Part shown: piece by piece, positions 1 to 8,368 of the stretch
How positions within the stretch are numbered: position 1 is the stretch's first letter
How the letters are laid out: each line of letters starts with the position of its first letter
Assembly: GCA_031256725.1 (NCBI GenBank)
Contig: JAIRQE010000006.1
Span: 60,001-92,000, forward strand
Direction: 5' to 3'
Source: Propionibacteriaceae bacterium
Lineage (GTDB): Bacteria > Actinomycetota > Actinomycetes > Propionibacteriales > Propionibacteriaceae
DNA length: 32,000 nucleotides
Position numbers and translations under genes: made by a program
Notes under the pieces: model-generated
Database searches by the model: none
What the model saw: only the letters and a program-made list of their open reading frames with translations
What the model was told of the DNA's origin: nothing

Positions 1-75
1 ATCAGTACGGTATCCGTCACGCTCATGGTCAGAAGTCTATCGAAGTACACCTTCTTCGATCCGAAGGATCGGTTT

Positions 76-104
76 TTGACCGTGTTCAAAAAAAATAGTA
101 GGCT
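76..104 (+). promoter_or_regulatory. Candidate promoter of the first lic operon: -35 TTGACC (76-81), 17-nt spacer containing an A8 run (88-95), -10 TAGGCT (99-104)
   Basis: Read directly from the sequence. TAGGCT is the same -10-like hexamer found in front of dapD, dapE and leuB in this window. The -35 is overlapped by the inverted repeat TTTTTGA-CCGTGT-TCAAAAA (73-92). Confidence 0.35.
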
Positions 105-159
105 TTCGAAAATTGAACATTTTGTGAGGGTTAGTCCTCCGAGTACTAGTGAAGAAGAT

Positions 160-1950
160 ATGACTACGAATCTAACTGAGGCCGAGTTCATTGTCCTGAG
201 CCATGTGGCAACTCAGGATTCCGCGGATTCCTCATCCGTTTTTGTGTCACCACAGATTCCTCATCAAAGCGTCGATTCCATTGTCGAAGCACTTCAATCT
301 AGGGGGTATCTCAATGGTTTTGCAGTGACTCCGGTAGGAGTTGCTGTTCTGGAGCCATACAAAGTTAGAAACGCAGTAGTCATGGCTGCAGGAATGTCGA
401 CACGCTTCGCACCGATCTCCTATGAGAAACCAAAAGGATTATTGACCGTCGGTGGTGAAGTTCTTATCGAGCGAACAATCCGCCAACTTCAAGAGGTCGG
501 GATCACTGAGATTACCGTCGTTCTTGGGTACATGATGGAACAATTCCTCTATCTTGAGGACATGTTTGGGGTCAAGATTCGGATTAATCCTGAATACTCA
601 AGCCGAAACACAAACTCTACACTGAAGCTCGTTGAAGACCTTCTTGACAACACCTATATCTGTTATGCAGACAACTATTATGCGAGGAATATCTTCGAAC
701 CCTATGCATACCATGCGTACTATTCAAGTGCCTACCATGAGGGGCCGACTCAAGAGTGGGCACTAACTGTTGATGAAAGAGACCGGATCACTCAGGTCAC
801 TCCTGGTCTAGGTGATTCCTGGGTCATGTGGGGACCAGTGTACTTTGATCGTCAATTCTCTCGGGACTTTGTGCCAATTCTTAACCGTGTTTACGATGAC
901 CCAGAAACTCCACCAAAACTCTGGGAGGCTATCTATGCAGACCATGTTACCGAAGTGGATATGCGAATCCGACGCTATGAAGCTGGGGTGATCTTTGAGT
1001 TTGATTCCTTGGAGGAATTAAAAGCCTTTGATGAAAACTTCATGGTTAATGTTGATTCTTCTATTCTTGATAACATATGCACTACCCTCAATGTTGCCCG
1101 ATCCGACCTTGGAGAGTTTTCTCCCATGACAGATGGACTCTCAAATCTTTCGTTTTCCTTCACCGCGCAGGGTAAGAAATATGTCTACCGTCATCCAGGG
1201 GCATTCACGGTAGGAATTAACGATCGAGTGGCTGAGGCCCAAGCTGAAAAGGTCGCTCAAGATCTAGGCTTAGATAAGAGCTATATATACCTAAATCCTG
1301 AGAAAGGGTGGAAGATCTCTCACTTCATTGATGTGAGTGAACCCTTCGACTATCACAATCCTATACATGTGGCCCGCAGTTTAGATTCAATAAGGCGGCT
1401 TCATCATTCTGGACGAAACATCGAAGCCTCCTTTGACCTTTACGACGAGGGGCTTAAAATCACTGATCGGCTCATGTCCATTGGTGTTGGTGGTGCGACT
1501 CCACGATTCGATTTTCCGGATTTCTACCTACTTAAGGATCGTGCGGCTCGATTGAAGGAGCTTACTGATTCTGACCAAGTTGGAAAAGTCTTGTGCCACA
1601 ATGATTTTTACGAGCCCAATATTCTCATCACTGATAAGGATATTTATCTTATCGACTGGGAATTTTCGGGAATGAATGACTACGCCAGCGATTTGGGTAC
1701 TCTTATCTGTTGCTCGGATTACACCTATGAAGAGGCGCTGGACGTTTTAGCAGTCTACTTCGGTCGAACCCCTACTGATGCCGAGATTAAGCATTGTGTG
1801 GCTCATATTTCTTTGTCCGGTTACTACTGGTGGATCTGGGCACTCAATAAGGATGTCTGCGGAGAACCGGTAGGCGAGTGGACTCACTTATGGTATCGAT
1901 TTGCTAAAGAATATGGGCGAAAAGCTATAGAACTTTACGAAAGAGGATAG
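160..1950 (+). CDS. Tri-domain enzyme, paralog 1 (divergent): degenerate winged-helix N-domain + LicC-like nucleotidyltransferase + LicA-like choline/ethanolamine-type kinase
   Basis: ORF track gives 25..1950. NTP-transferase loop VVMAAGMSTRFAPISYEKPKGLL. Kinase motifs LCHNDFYEPNILI and LIDWEFSGMNDYASDLG. I prefer the start at ATG160 (MTTNLTEAEF...). Positions 60-125 are AT-rich and promoter-like, and the resulting 596 aa matches the 592-aa paralog at 3196..4974. Confidence 0.8.
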   Translation: MTTNLTEAEFIVLSHVATQDSADSSSVFVSPQIPHQSVDSIVEALQSRGYLNGFAVTPVGVAVLEPYKVRNAVVMAAGMSTRFAPISYEKPKGLLTVGGEVLIERTIRQLQEVGITEITVVLGYMMEQFLYLEDMFGVKIRINPEYSSRNTNSTLKLVEDLLDNTYICYADNYYARNIFEPYAYHAYYSSAYHEGPTQEWALTVDERDRITQVTPGLGDSWVMWGPVYFDRQFSRDFVPILNRVYDDPETPPKLWEAIYADHVTEVDMRIRRYEAGVIFEFDSLEELKAFDENFMVNVDSSILDNICTTLNVARSDLGEFSPMTDGLSNLSFSFTAQGKKYVYRHPGAFTVGINDRVAEAQAEKVAQDLGLDKSYIYLNPEKGWKISHFIDVSEPFDYHNPIHVARSLDSIRRLHHSGRNIEASFDLYDEGLKITDRLMSIGVGGATPRFDFPDFYLLKDRAARLKELTDSDQVGKVLCHNDFYEPNILITDKDIYLIDWEFSGMNDYASDLGTLICCSDYTYEEALDVLAVYFGRTPTDAEIKHCVAHISLSGYYWWIWALNKDVCGEPVGEWTHLWYRFAKEYGRKAIELYERG

Positions 1951-1952
1951 TC

Positions 1953-3188
1953 ATGGAAACCTTCGGGACAGTTGTTGTCTACATCATCATGGCCTGTGCC
2001 GTGACTGGAATGATCGTATCCATCGTGAAACCCAAGGCACAATTAGGCAAGGAGTTCCTTGCTGGTATTGATTCAATCGGACCGATCTTCCTGCCAGTGG
2101 CAGGCATCATGGCGGCAGCTCCTTATCTCACTACATTTGTTTCTTATGTCTTCGGCCCTGTCTTCGCTGCTCTTCAAGCTGATCCAGCGATGGCTGCGGG
2201 ATCACTCATTGCGGTCGACATGGGTGGATACCAACTGGCTGAGGCTCTCGCTGAAACGAGGGAATCCTGGATGATGGCAACCATGGCTGCTTATACCCTC
2301 GGTGGAGCTATTGTTTTCACAATTCCAGTAGGTCTGCGCATGATCCAGCGTCGTGACCACAAGTTTTTTGCTCTAGGAACGATGTGTGGAATTTTGGCAG
2401 TACCTGTGTCTGTCTTGATTTTCTCCATGATCTTGGTAGTCACAAATCCGGTGATTCGAGATGCCATCAACACCTCGGGGCCGGCAACCTATGTCCTATC
2501 TCTGGCTTGGACTACAGTGGGTCGCAACCTCATTCCATTGCTTGTTTTATGTGTACTTCTGGCTCTTGGTTTGATGTTTATCACTGACGCTATGATCAAA
2601 GGGTTTATCGTTTTTGGACGTAGCCTTGAAGCTGCCCTCAAGATAGTCTTCGTACTGGTTGTTGTGGACTACTTCACTGGCCTTCCCTCCCGTCTCATGG
2701 GTGCGCTCTTCCAGTTTGAGCCTATCATTGCTGACGAAGCAGATATATTCCGGGCTCTTGAAGTAGCAGGTGCGGTTGGTATCATGCTTTGCGGTGCTTT
2801 TCCAATGGTTCATCTCATCAAAACCTACCTTGCGAAACCCCTTACGGTAATCGGGAAGTTCTTTCACCTGAGTCCGGAGGCCACTGCTGGAATCCTGGCA
2901 GCTTCAGCCAATGGTATTGCTCTGTTCGCGATGTTCAAGCATCTTAAAGGGAGAGATAAGGTTATCACTGTCGCCTTTGTTATCTGCTCTGGCTATCTTT
3001 TTGGTGATCACCTTTCATTTACTGCAAACTTCCAGCCTTCGATGATTGCTCCTGTCATGATTGCTAAGGTGACTGGTGGGGTCCTCGGAATAGTCTTTGC
3101 TTTCCTTTTAGCTGTTAAGAAAGCAGACCAACTAGAGGCGACACAAATGGAGTTGGATCAAGTAGTTGAGAAAGTTGTGACAAACTAG
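1953..3188 (+). CDS. eutH: EutH-family permease (ethanolamine-transporter family)
   Basis: 411 aa and strongly hydrophobic. Blocks match enterobacterial EutH as I recall it: ADPAMAAGSLIAVDMGGYQLAEALA, IVFTIPVGL..RRDHKFFALG, FRALEVAGAVGIMLCGAFPMV, ASANGIALFAMFKHLKGRDKVITVAF..GDHLSFTA. The ATG lies 2 nt after the upstream stop and is preceded by AGAGGA. Confidence 0.8.
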   Translation: METFGTVVVYIIMACAVTGMIVSIVKPKAQLGKEFLAGIDSIGPIFLPVAGIMAAAPYLTTFVSYVFGPVFAALQADPAMAAGSLIAVDMGGYQLAEALAETRESWMMATMAAYTLGGAIVFTIPVGLRMIQRRDHKFFALGTMCGILAVPVSVLIFSMILVVTNPVIRDAINTSGPATYVLSLAWTTVGRNLIPLLVLCVLLALGLMFITDAMIKGFIVFGRSLEAALKIVFVLVVVDYFTGLPSRLMGALFQFEPIIADEADIFRALEVAGAVGIMLCGAFPMVHLIKTYLAKPLTVIGKFFHLSPEATAGILAASANGIALFAMFKHLKGRDKVITVAFVICSGYLFGDHLSFTANFQPSMIAPVMIAKVTGGVLGIVFAFLLAVKKADQLEATQMELDQVVEKVVTN

Positions 3189-3195
3189 GGCTGCA

Positions 3196-4974
3196 ATGAG
3201 ATCAGAACATTACGTCGCCCTATGTAGGCAGTTGTGCGCTAATCCGACCCTGACTCAGCGAGATCTTGCTTCTCGACTAGGAGTCTCTCTTGGGCTTATT
3301 AACCTCACGCTTAAAGAGTCCATCGTTCAAGGGTATCTTCGAAAAGAGGGAGCTAAAACCCTGCTCACCGATGAAGGGCAGAGTTACCTTGACCAATTCA
3401 AAGTAGACAATGCAATCATTCTCGCTGCTGGTTTCGGATCTAGATTCGTACCTTTCACATATGAGACACCCAAAGGGTTGTTGAAGGTCAAGGGTGTACC
3501 CATGGTGGAGCGCCAGATTGAACAACTCATTGCTGCTGGTATCAAAGAGATCATCATTGTTGTGGGCTATCGAAAAGAAGCTTTCGACTATCTCATTGAT
3601 AAGTATGGTGTCACGCTGGTGTATAACCCTGAATATGCAGAAAAAAATAATTTCGTCAGTATGTATTATGCGCTCGATTATCTGAAAAGCACCTATGTGC
3701 TCATGTCGGATAACTGGATTGAAGAGAGCATCTTCAACGCATGGGAGTCACGGTGTTGGTTTTCCTGTCTGTACTTTGAGGGAAAGACTGCAGAATGGAT
3801 TGCCCATAGTGGTTCTCGGGATAAGATCACGAAAATTGAAATAGGTGGAGAGGATGCCTGGGCAATCTTAGGCCCTGCGTATTTTACGCGAGATTTTTCA
3901 GAGACTTTCGCCGAACTTATTCGGGAGCATTATCATAGTCCAGGAACTGACAATGACTATTGGGAGCATATTCTTAAAGACAATCTGGGGTCGCTTCCTC
4001 CGATGTACATGAATAAGCAATCTAGAACCAATGTCTATGAGTTCGAGAATCTGGAGGAGTTGAGGGAATTCGATGAGTCTTATCGGCTGGATTCCGATAA
4101 TGTCATCATCCGGGAGATTTCGCAGGCCCTTAATGTTTCTCCAGACATGATCTGCCGCATCACCCCACTTAAGGTAGGAGCTAGCAATCTCTCATTCACT
4201 TTCTATGTGGATTCACAAGGGTATGTATTTCGTACCCCAGGCTTAGGGACTGAGAAGCTCATCAATCACGCCCAGGAGAAAGCAGCCTATGATGTGCTGA
4301 TTGATGTAGGGATTACTGATGAGATTGTGGCCTTCAATTCACAGCGGGGCACGAAGATCACCAAGTTCTATGAGGGGGTACATGTTGTTGATCCCTCGGA
4401 TGTTGGTCAACTGACAGAGGCTGTACGCCTTATTAAAACCCTACATACAAGCGGCCTTTCCACTGGGTACGCCTGCGATATTGAAAAAATGATTTCTTGT
4501 TACCGTGACCTGGCTGAAGAAATTAATGCTATTCGATTTGTGGACTTTGATGAAGTGACTTTATCTATAGACAAATTGCTTAATCTCAAGCGAAAAATTG
4601 CTGTTGAACCAGTACTGTGCCATGGTGATTTCACTAATACTAATGTTATCCTTTTTCCAGATGGCTCAGGGAAACTCATCGACTGGGAATACTCCGGAAT
4701 GGCCGACCCTATCATGGACATCTCAATGTTTGCTATCGATTCAATTATGGATCGCCCTCAAATTGACCAGTTTATGAGGATGTATATTTCCGAACCCACC
4801 CGTGAAGAATGGTGTCGATTGTATCTTTATGTCGCACTCGGGGGCTTTCTGTGGTCTATCTGGGCAGAATACAAACAGGCCAGTGGACAAGAGTTTGGTG
4901 AGTATCCTCTCAAGATGTATCGCTATGCGAAAGACTACTATTCAATCCTTGTCCACGAAGGCTACTTGGCTTAG
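3196..4974 (+). CDS. Tri-domain enzyme, paralog 2 (canonical): MarR-like winged helix + LicC-like CTP:phosphocholine-type cytidylyltransferase + LicA-like kinase
   Basis: N-terminal HTH: PTLTQRDLASRLGVSLGLINLTLKESIVQGYL. Transferase: AIILAAGFGSRFVPFTYETPKGLL and VGYRKEAFDYLIDKYGVTLVYNPEYAEKNNFVSMY, close to pneumococcal LicC as I recall it. Kinase: LCHGDFTNTNVIL and LIDWEYSGMADPIMDIS. It starts 7 nt after the eutH stop. Confidence 0.85.
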   Translation: MRSEHYVALCRQLCANPTLTQRDLASRLGVSLGLINLTLKESIVQGYLRKEGAKTLLTDEGQSYLDQFKVDNAIILAAGFGSRFVPFTYETPKGLLKVKGVPMVERQIEQLIAAGIKEIIIVVGYRKEAFDYLIDKYGVTLVYNPEYAEKNNFVSMYYALDYLKSTYVLMSDNWIEESIFNAWESRCWFSCLYFEGKTAEWIAHSGSRDKITKIEIGGEDAWAILGPAYFTRDFSETFAELIREHYHSPGTDNDYWEHILKDNLGSLPPMYMNKQSRTNVYEFENLEELREFDESYRLDSDNVIIREISQALNVSPDMICRITPLKVGASNLSFTFYVDSQGYVFRTPGLGTEKLINHAQEKAAYDVLIDVGITDEIVAFNSQRGTKITKFYEGVHVVDPSDVGQLTEAVRLIKTLHTSGLSTGYACDIEKMISCYRDLAEEINAIRFVDFDEVTLSIDKLLNLKRKIAVEPVLCHGDFTNTNVILFPDGSGKLIDWEYSGMADPIMDISMFAIDSIMDRPQIDQFMRMYISEPTREEWCRLYLYVALGGFLWSIWAEYKQASGQEFGEYPLKMYRYAKDYYSILVHEGYLA

Positions 4975-6119
4975 TCCACCAGTTCCCTGGCAATGCTTAT
5001 TAAGGCTTGAGCGGTCTGATCCCATGTGAAGGTGCTTTCTACCCGCGCACGGGTCTTGTTGGCCGCACTGTGCCGCCATCGGTCATTGGTAAGGGCTTCG
5101 ATAAGGAGTTCAGCGATAGTTTGTTCATTGTGTGCGGGCAAGATGCCGCCATATTCTTTGGAGAGGATTAATTCTGGGGTTCCACCGACGGGTGTTGTAA
5201 CCATAAAAGTACCAAGGGCTCCCGCTTCAAGTACTACTGTTGAGAAGCCCTCAGAATGTGAAGGTAGGCAAAAGATATCTGCTTGACTGAGGAGAGATAG
5301 AGCTCGTTCGTGTGTGAGTCCGCCAACATAGATCACCCCAGCCTGATTGTGAGCTTCAAGCTGGCTGTGCAGGGGGCCTTCACCAGCGATGATTAGAACG
5401 CACTCAGGAACGGTGAGTTGAGTAACTCTCATTGCTTCCAGAAGCTCAGGAATGCCCTTTTCGGGTAGGAGACGTCCAACAAAGGCAATGAGTTTCATCG
5501 AGGCCGGGATTGAGAAGTCATCACGGACGTTCCATGCACCCTGTGCTGCTTGCTTCACGGTTTGATTGATGTTGATGGCGTTATAGAGAATCTCTACATC
5601 ATTGATTGCAAAGGTTTTCAGCCACGAAGCACTCTGCTGAGATACAGCAGCAAATTTCGAGGCATATCTCTTCATCCACCATGCAGCAATGTGTTCATAG
5701 ATTCGAATGATTGTATTGAGTGCATAATTACCCATGGTTAAATAACTGGATCCATGTTCAAGAACAATGCAGGGAATTCCTCGCTTCGCGCATGCACGAG
5801 CTGCCCATAGTGACAGTGCCCAGAATCGTGTATTAATCAATGCAAGGTCGAAGTTGCCTACCGCAATATCCTTCATCAGTGATCGGAAATTTCGGTTAAA
5901 ACGCGGTAGAGGATAACGCCCAGCGAGCATAGGAATCGAAGGTACTCGAACGATTTTTACTGCGTCTTCATTCTCACTTATCGGAGTATCAGGAAGTTGG
6001 CTAGCAATGATAGTCACTTCATGGCCCGCATGGGTAAGTGCTTGGGCCAGATAGTGAGTGTACCTCTCTACTCCACCTATTGTGGGGAGGTACTGTGCGG
6101 AGAAGAGAGCGAATTTCAT
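4971..6119 (-). CDS. GT4-family glycosyltransferase
   Basis: ORF track gives 4971..6143. Typical GT4 N-terminus MKFALFSAQYLPTIGGVERY and E-x7-E block EGFSTVVLEAGALG. I prefer ATG6119, which has purine-rich GAGAAAG upstream. The longest ORF starts at 6143. Confidence 0.8.
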   Translation of the reverse strand: MKFALFSAQYLPTIGGVERYTHYLAQALTHAGHEVTIIASQLPDTPISENEDAVKIVRVPSIPMLAGRYPLPRFNRNFRSLMKDIAVGNFDLALINTRFWALSLWAARACAKRGIPCIVLEHGSSYLTMGNYALNTIIRIYEHIAAWWMKRYASKFAAVSQQSASWLKTFAINDVEILYNAININQTVKQAAQGAWNVRDDFSIPASMKLIAFVGRLLPEKGIPELLEAMRVTQLTVPECVLIIAGEGPLHSQLEAHNQAGVIYVGGLTHERALSLLSQADIFCLPSHSEGFSTVVLEAGALGTFMVTTPVGGTPELILSKEYGGILPAHNEQTIAELLIEALTNDRWRHSAANKTRARVESTFTWDQTAQALISIARELVD

Positions 6120-6215
6120 GTGATGGCTTTCTCTTTCTATCATTCCTCAGGGTTACCTATTGGCTCATGGTACTAGACTACCTAGGTCAGGGAAGCACAA
6201 GATAGGAGTGAGTGG

Positions 6216-7043
6216 GTGGCTGACCAAAGTGATGTGCGTGACATTCAACTGCGACTATTGTCCATTTTGAAACTGATCCAAGCCGTGTGCGAGCGTCATG
6301 AAATTAGATTCTTTCTTGCTTATGGAACTTTACTGGGTGCGGTACGTCATAAGGGTTTCATTCCTTGGGATGATGACGTTGATATTTTCATGACCAGACA
6401 AGACTATGAAAAACTCTTTTCAGTGCGAGATGAACTTGGGCCCGACTTCATTATTCAAGAATGGAGGACCACGCCTGAGTATTGGTGTTCTTATCCGAAA
6501 GTACGACAACTTCGGCCTAAGCCTTATATAGAATCACTGATTGCTGATGTAACCGAGAAGAACGGCTTATTTATCGATATCTTTGTGCTAGATGGCTTGC
6601 CTCGGGAACGTTCTCTAGCCCAGTGGCTAGTGGCTGAGGTTCTCAACTTTGCTCGGATTCTTCTTTTGCTTAAAGATATTGGCCCACGAGATCCACGCCC
6701 ACTCATTAAGGCAATCAGTCCACTAGCCAGACTCATTCCGCGATCCTTGATTGCCAAAGTGATGGAGTGGGGATGGTCGCGGTGGAAAGATGGGCCTGCA
6801 ACCTGGCTTGTTCCATATGCGGATCCCGATCTTCGTAATAGTCCGATTCGAGCAAGTGCAATTTTATCAAATGGGGGGGGGTGCTCCATGGTTGAATTTG
6901 AGGGCATTCCCATGCCATGTCCTCGTGATTCAGAGGGATTTCTTCACACCTATTACGGTGATTACATGCAGCTTCCACCTGAAGATCAAAGAGCCTGTCA
7001 TGATATGCGTAGGAACCCCGACTACCATCCGGATGAAGGTTAA
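6216..7043 (+). CDS. licD: LicD-family phospho-alcohol (phosphocholine-type) transferase
   Basis: LLGAVRHKGFIPWDDDVDIFM (LicD acidic motif) and C-terminal YYGDYMQLPPEDQR. GTG6216 has AGGAG (6204-6208) 7 nt upstream. Confidence 0.85.
   Translation: MADQSDVRDIQLRLLSILKLIQAVCERHEIRFFLAYGTLLGAVRHKGFIPWDDDVDIFMTRQDYEKLFSVRDELGPDFIIQEWRTTPEYWCSYPKVRQLRPKPYIESLIADVTEKNGLFIDIFVLDGLPRERSLAQWLVAEVLNFARILLLLKDIGPRDPRPLIKAISPLARLIPRSLIAKVMEWGWSRWKDGPATWLVPYADPDLRNSPIRASAILSNGGGCSMVEFEGIPMPCPRDSEGFLHTYYGDYMQLPPEDQRACHDMRRNPDYHPDEG
6873..6881 (+). repeat. G9 homopolymer tract inside licD (encodes GGG, residues 220-222)
   Basis: Counted directly: g6873 to g6881. It is the longest G/C homopolymer I found in the window. 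Confidence 0.95.
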
Positions 7044-7046
7044 TAC

Positions 7047-8354
7047 GTGCTTCATCGGATTCTTACCAACTCGAAGAACGTCAATCGAAGTGCCTACATC
7101 TGGAACATGATTGCGAGCATCCTGGCAGCAGCACAGTCGATGGTGATGATCTTTGGGGCTTCCAGTCTTCTTGGCGTGGCTGCTACAGCTGTGATTTCGC
7201 TAGCATCTGCGTACACCTATACTCTGTCAACTATTGGTGCTTTTGGAATGAGAAGATTCCATGCTTCAGATGCGGACCGCCAGTATTCCCAACGTGAATA
7301 CCTATGGTCGAGATTCATAACAGTGAATGCCATGTTCGTGATTGCCGCGGTCTTCATTGTGATGAAATCTTGGGATCCGCAGTCTACGCCGATGAAACTT
7401 GGAGTTATTGCAATACTGGTTCTGATTAGGGCCGTTGACTGCATTGACGATGTCATTACTGGGCATTTTCAGCAGACGGGTCGCCTAGACATTGGATCAC
7501 GGATCACGGCATTGCGTTTAGTCGTGTGTACTCTCGGCTTTCTCGTTTCCTTGATTATCACTCGTGATCTGATGCTTAGTCTGATCATCAGTTTCGTACT
7601 CTCACTTCTTGTTCTGGCGGTACTTGCTCGATCCGCTTTGCAGGGCTATGACCCTGATCGTGTACGTACCGTTGACAGGGTAAAAGTGTGGAAACTCCTG
7701 TGGGCTTGCATGCCATTGTTTATCTGGGGTTTTCTTGGGATGTATATCACTAATGCACCCAAGTTTGGGATTGAATCCGCCATGGAAGGAATAGCTCAGA
7801 AGCAGGCCCAAGCTTGCTACGGGATAATTTCAATGCCTGCTTTTGTGATCTCTTTGTTGAGTGGTCTGGTTTTTCATCCCATTATCCATTCCCTTTCTCG
7901 ACAGTGGTTGGATCGGGATTTGGTTGGTTTTGGGCGAACAGTAACCCGAATATCTCTCGTTATCTTAGGGATCACTGCTGCTTGTGTTACTGGAGGAGCA
8001 CTTCTAGGCTTGCCTATCCTTTCGCTAGCATCTCCTTTAGTCGATCTTGGGGGATTAGAACTCGAACTCGCAATACTCCTCTTAGGTGGAGGATTTACCG
8101 CTTTTTCTGCATTCTTCTCAACAGTGCTGACGATTATGCGTCGACAACTGGCTGCTGCCGTTGCTTTGGGTGTAGCTGCGGCTTTCGGACTGACTTCTCA
8201 CTGGTGGGCTCAGTGGCAAGGACTTTTGGGGGTTTGTTTATTGTTTTTAACAATGTACGCCCTCAACACCCTCATTGCAGGGGTGCTGATATGGTGGACT
8301 TGGCGGTCTCGACGATTTAAGGGAACACCCCATTCTGAGGCCAGTACGACGTAG
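7047..8354 (+). CDS. Multi-pass membrane protein, probably a Wzx/MOP-type glycan flippase (polymerase not excluded)
   Basis: 435 aa with about 12 hydrophobic segments. GTG start lies 3 nt after the licD stop. The N-terminal region NRSAYIWNMIASIL...GMRRF resembles polysaccharide-transporter N-termini. No catalytic motif recognised. Confidence 0.45.
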   Translation: MLHRILTNSKNVNRSAYIWNMIASILAAAQSMVMIFGASSLLGVAATAVISLASAYTYTLSTIGAFGMRRFHASDADRQYSQREYLWSRFITVNAMFVIAAVFIVMKSWDPQSTPMKLGVIAILVLIRAVDCIDDVITGHFQQTGRLDIGSRITALRLVVCTLGFLVSLIITRDLMLSLIISFVLSLLVLAVLARSALQGYDPDRVRTVDRVKVWKLLWACMPLFIWGFLGMYITNAPKFGIESAMEGIAQKQAQACYGIISMPAFVISLLSGLVFHPIIHSLSRQWLDRDLVGFGRTVTRISLVILGITAACVTGGALLGLPILSLASPLVDLGGLELELAILLLGGGFTAFSAFFSTVLTIMRRQLAAAVALGVAAAFGLTSHWWAQWQGLLGVCLLFLTMYALNTLIAGVLIWWTWRSRRFKGTPHSEASTT

Positions 8355-8368
8355 ACACAAGGAGGATC

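Noticed and set aside
25-159. N-terminal extension of the first ORF (MVRSLSKYTFFDPKDRF...)
   Set aside because: The region is AT-rich and contains promoter-like elements. The extension has no counterpart in the 592-aa paralog, and ATG160 gives a matching length. It is not fully excluded, because the upstream context is cut by the window edge.
6790-7110. 106-aa ORF overlapping the 3' end of licD and the flippase start
   Set aside because: It is not an independent gene. It is the frame entered after a -1 slip in the G9 tract, and is reported under that finding.
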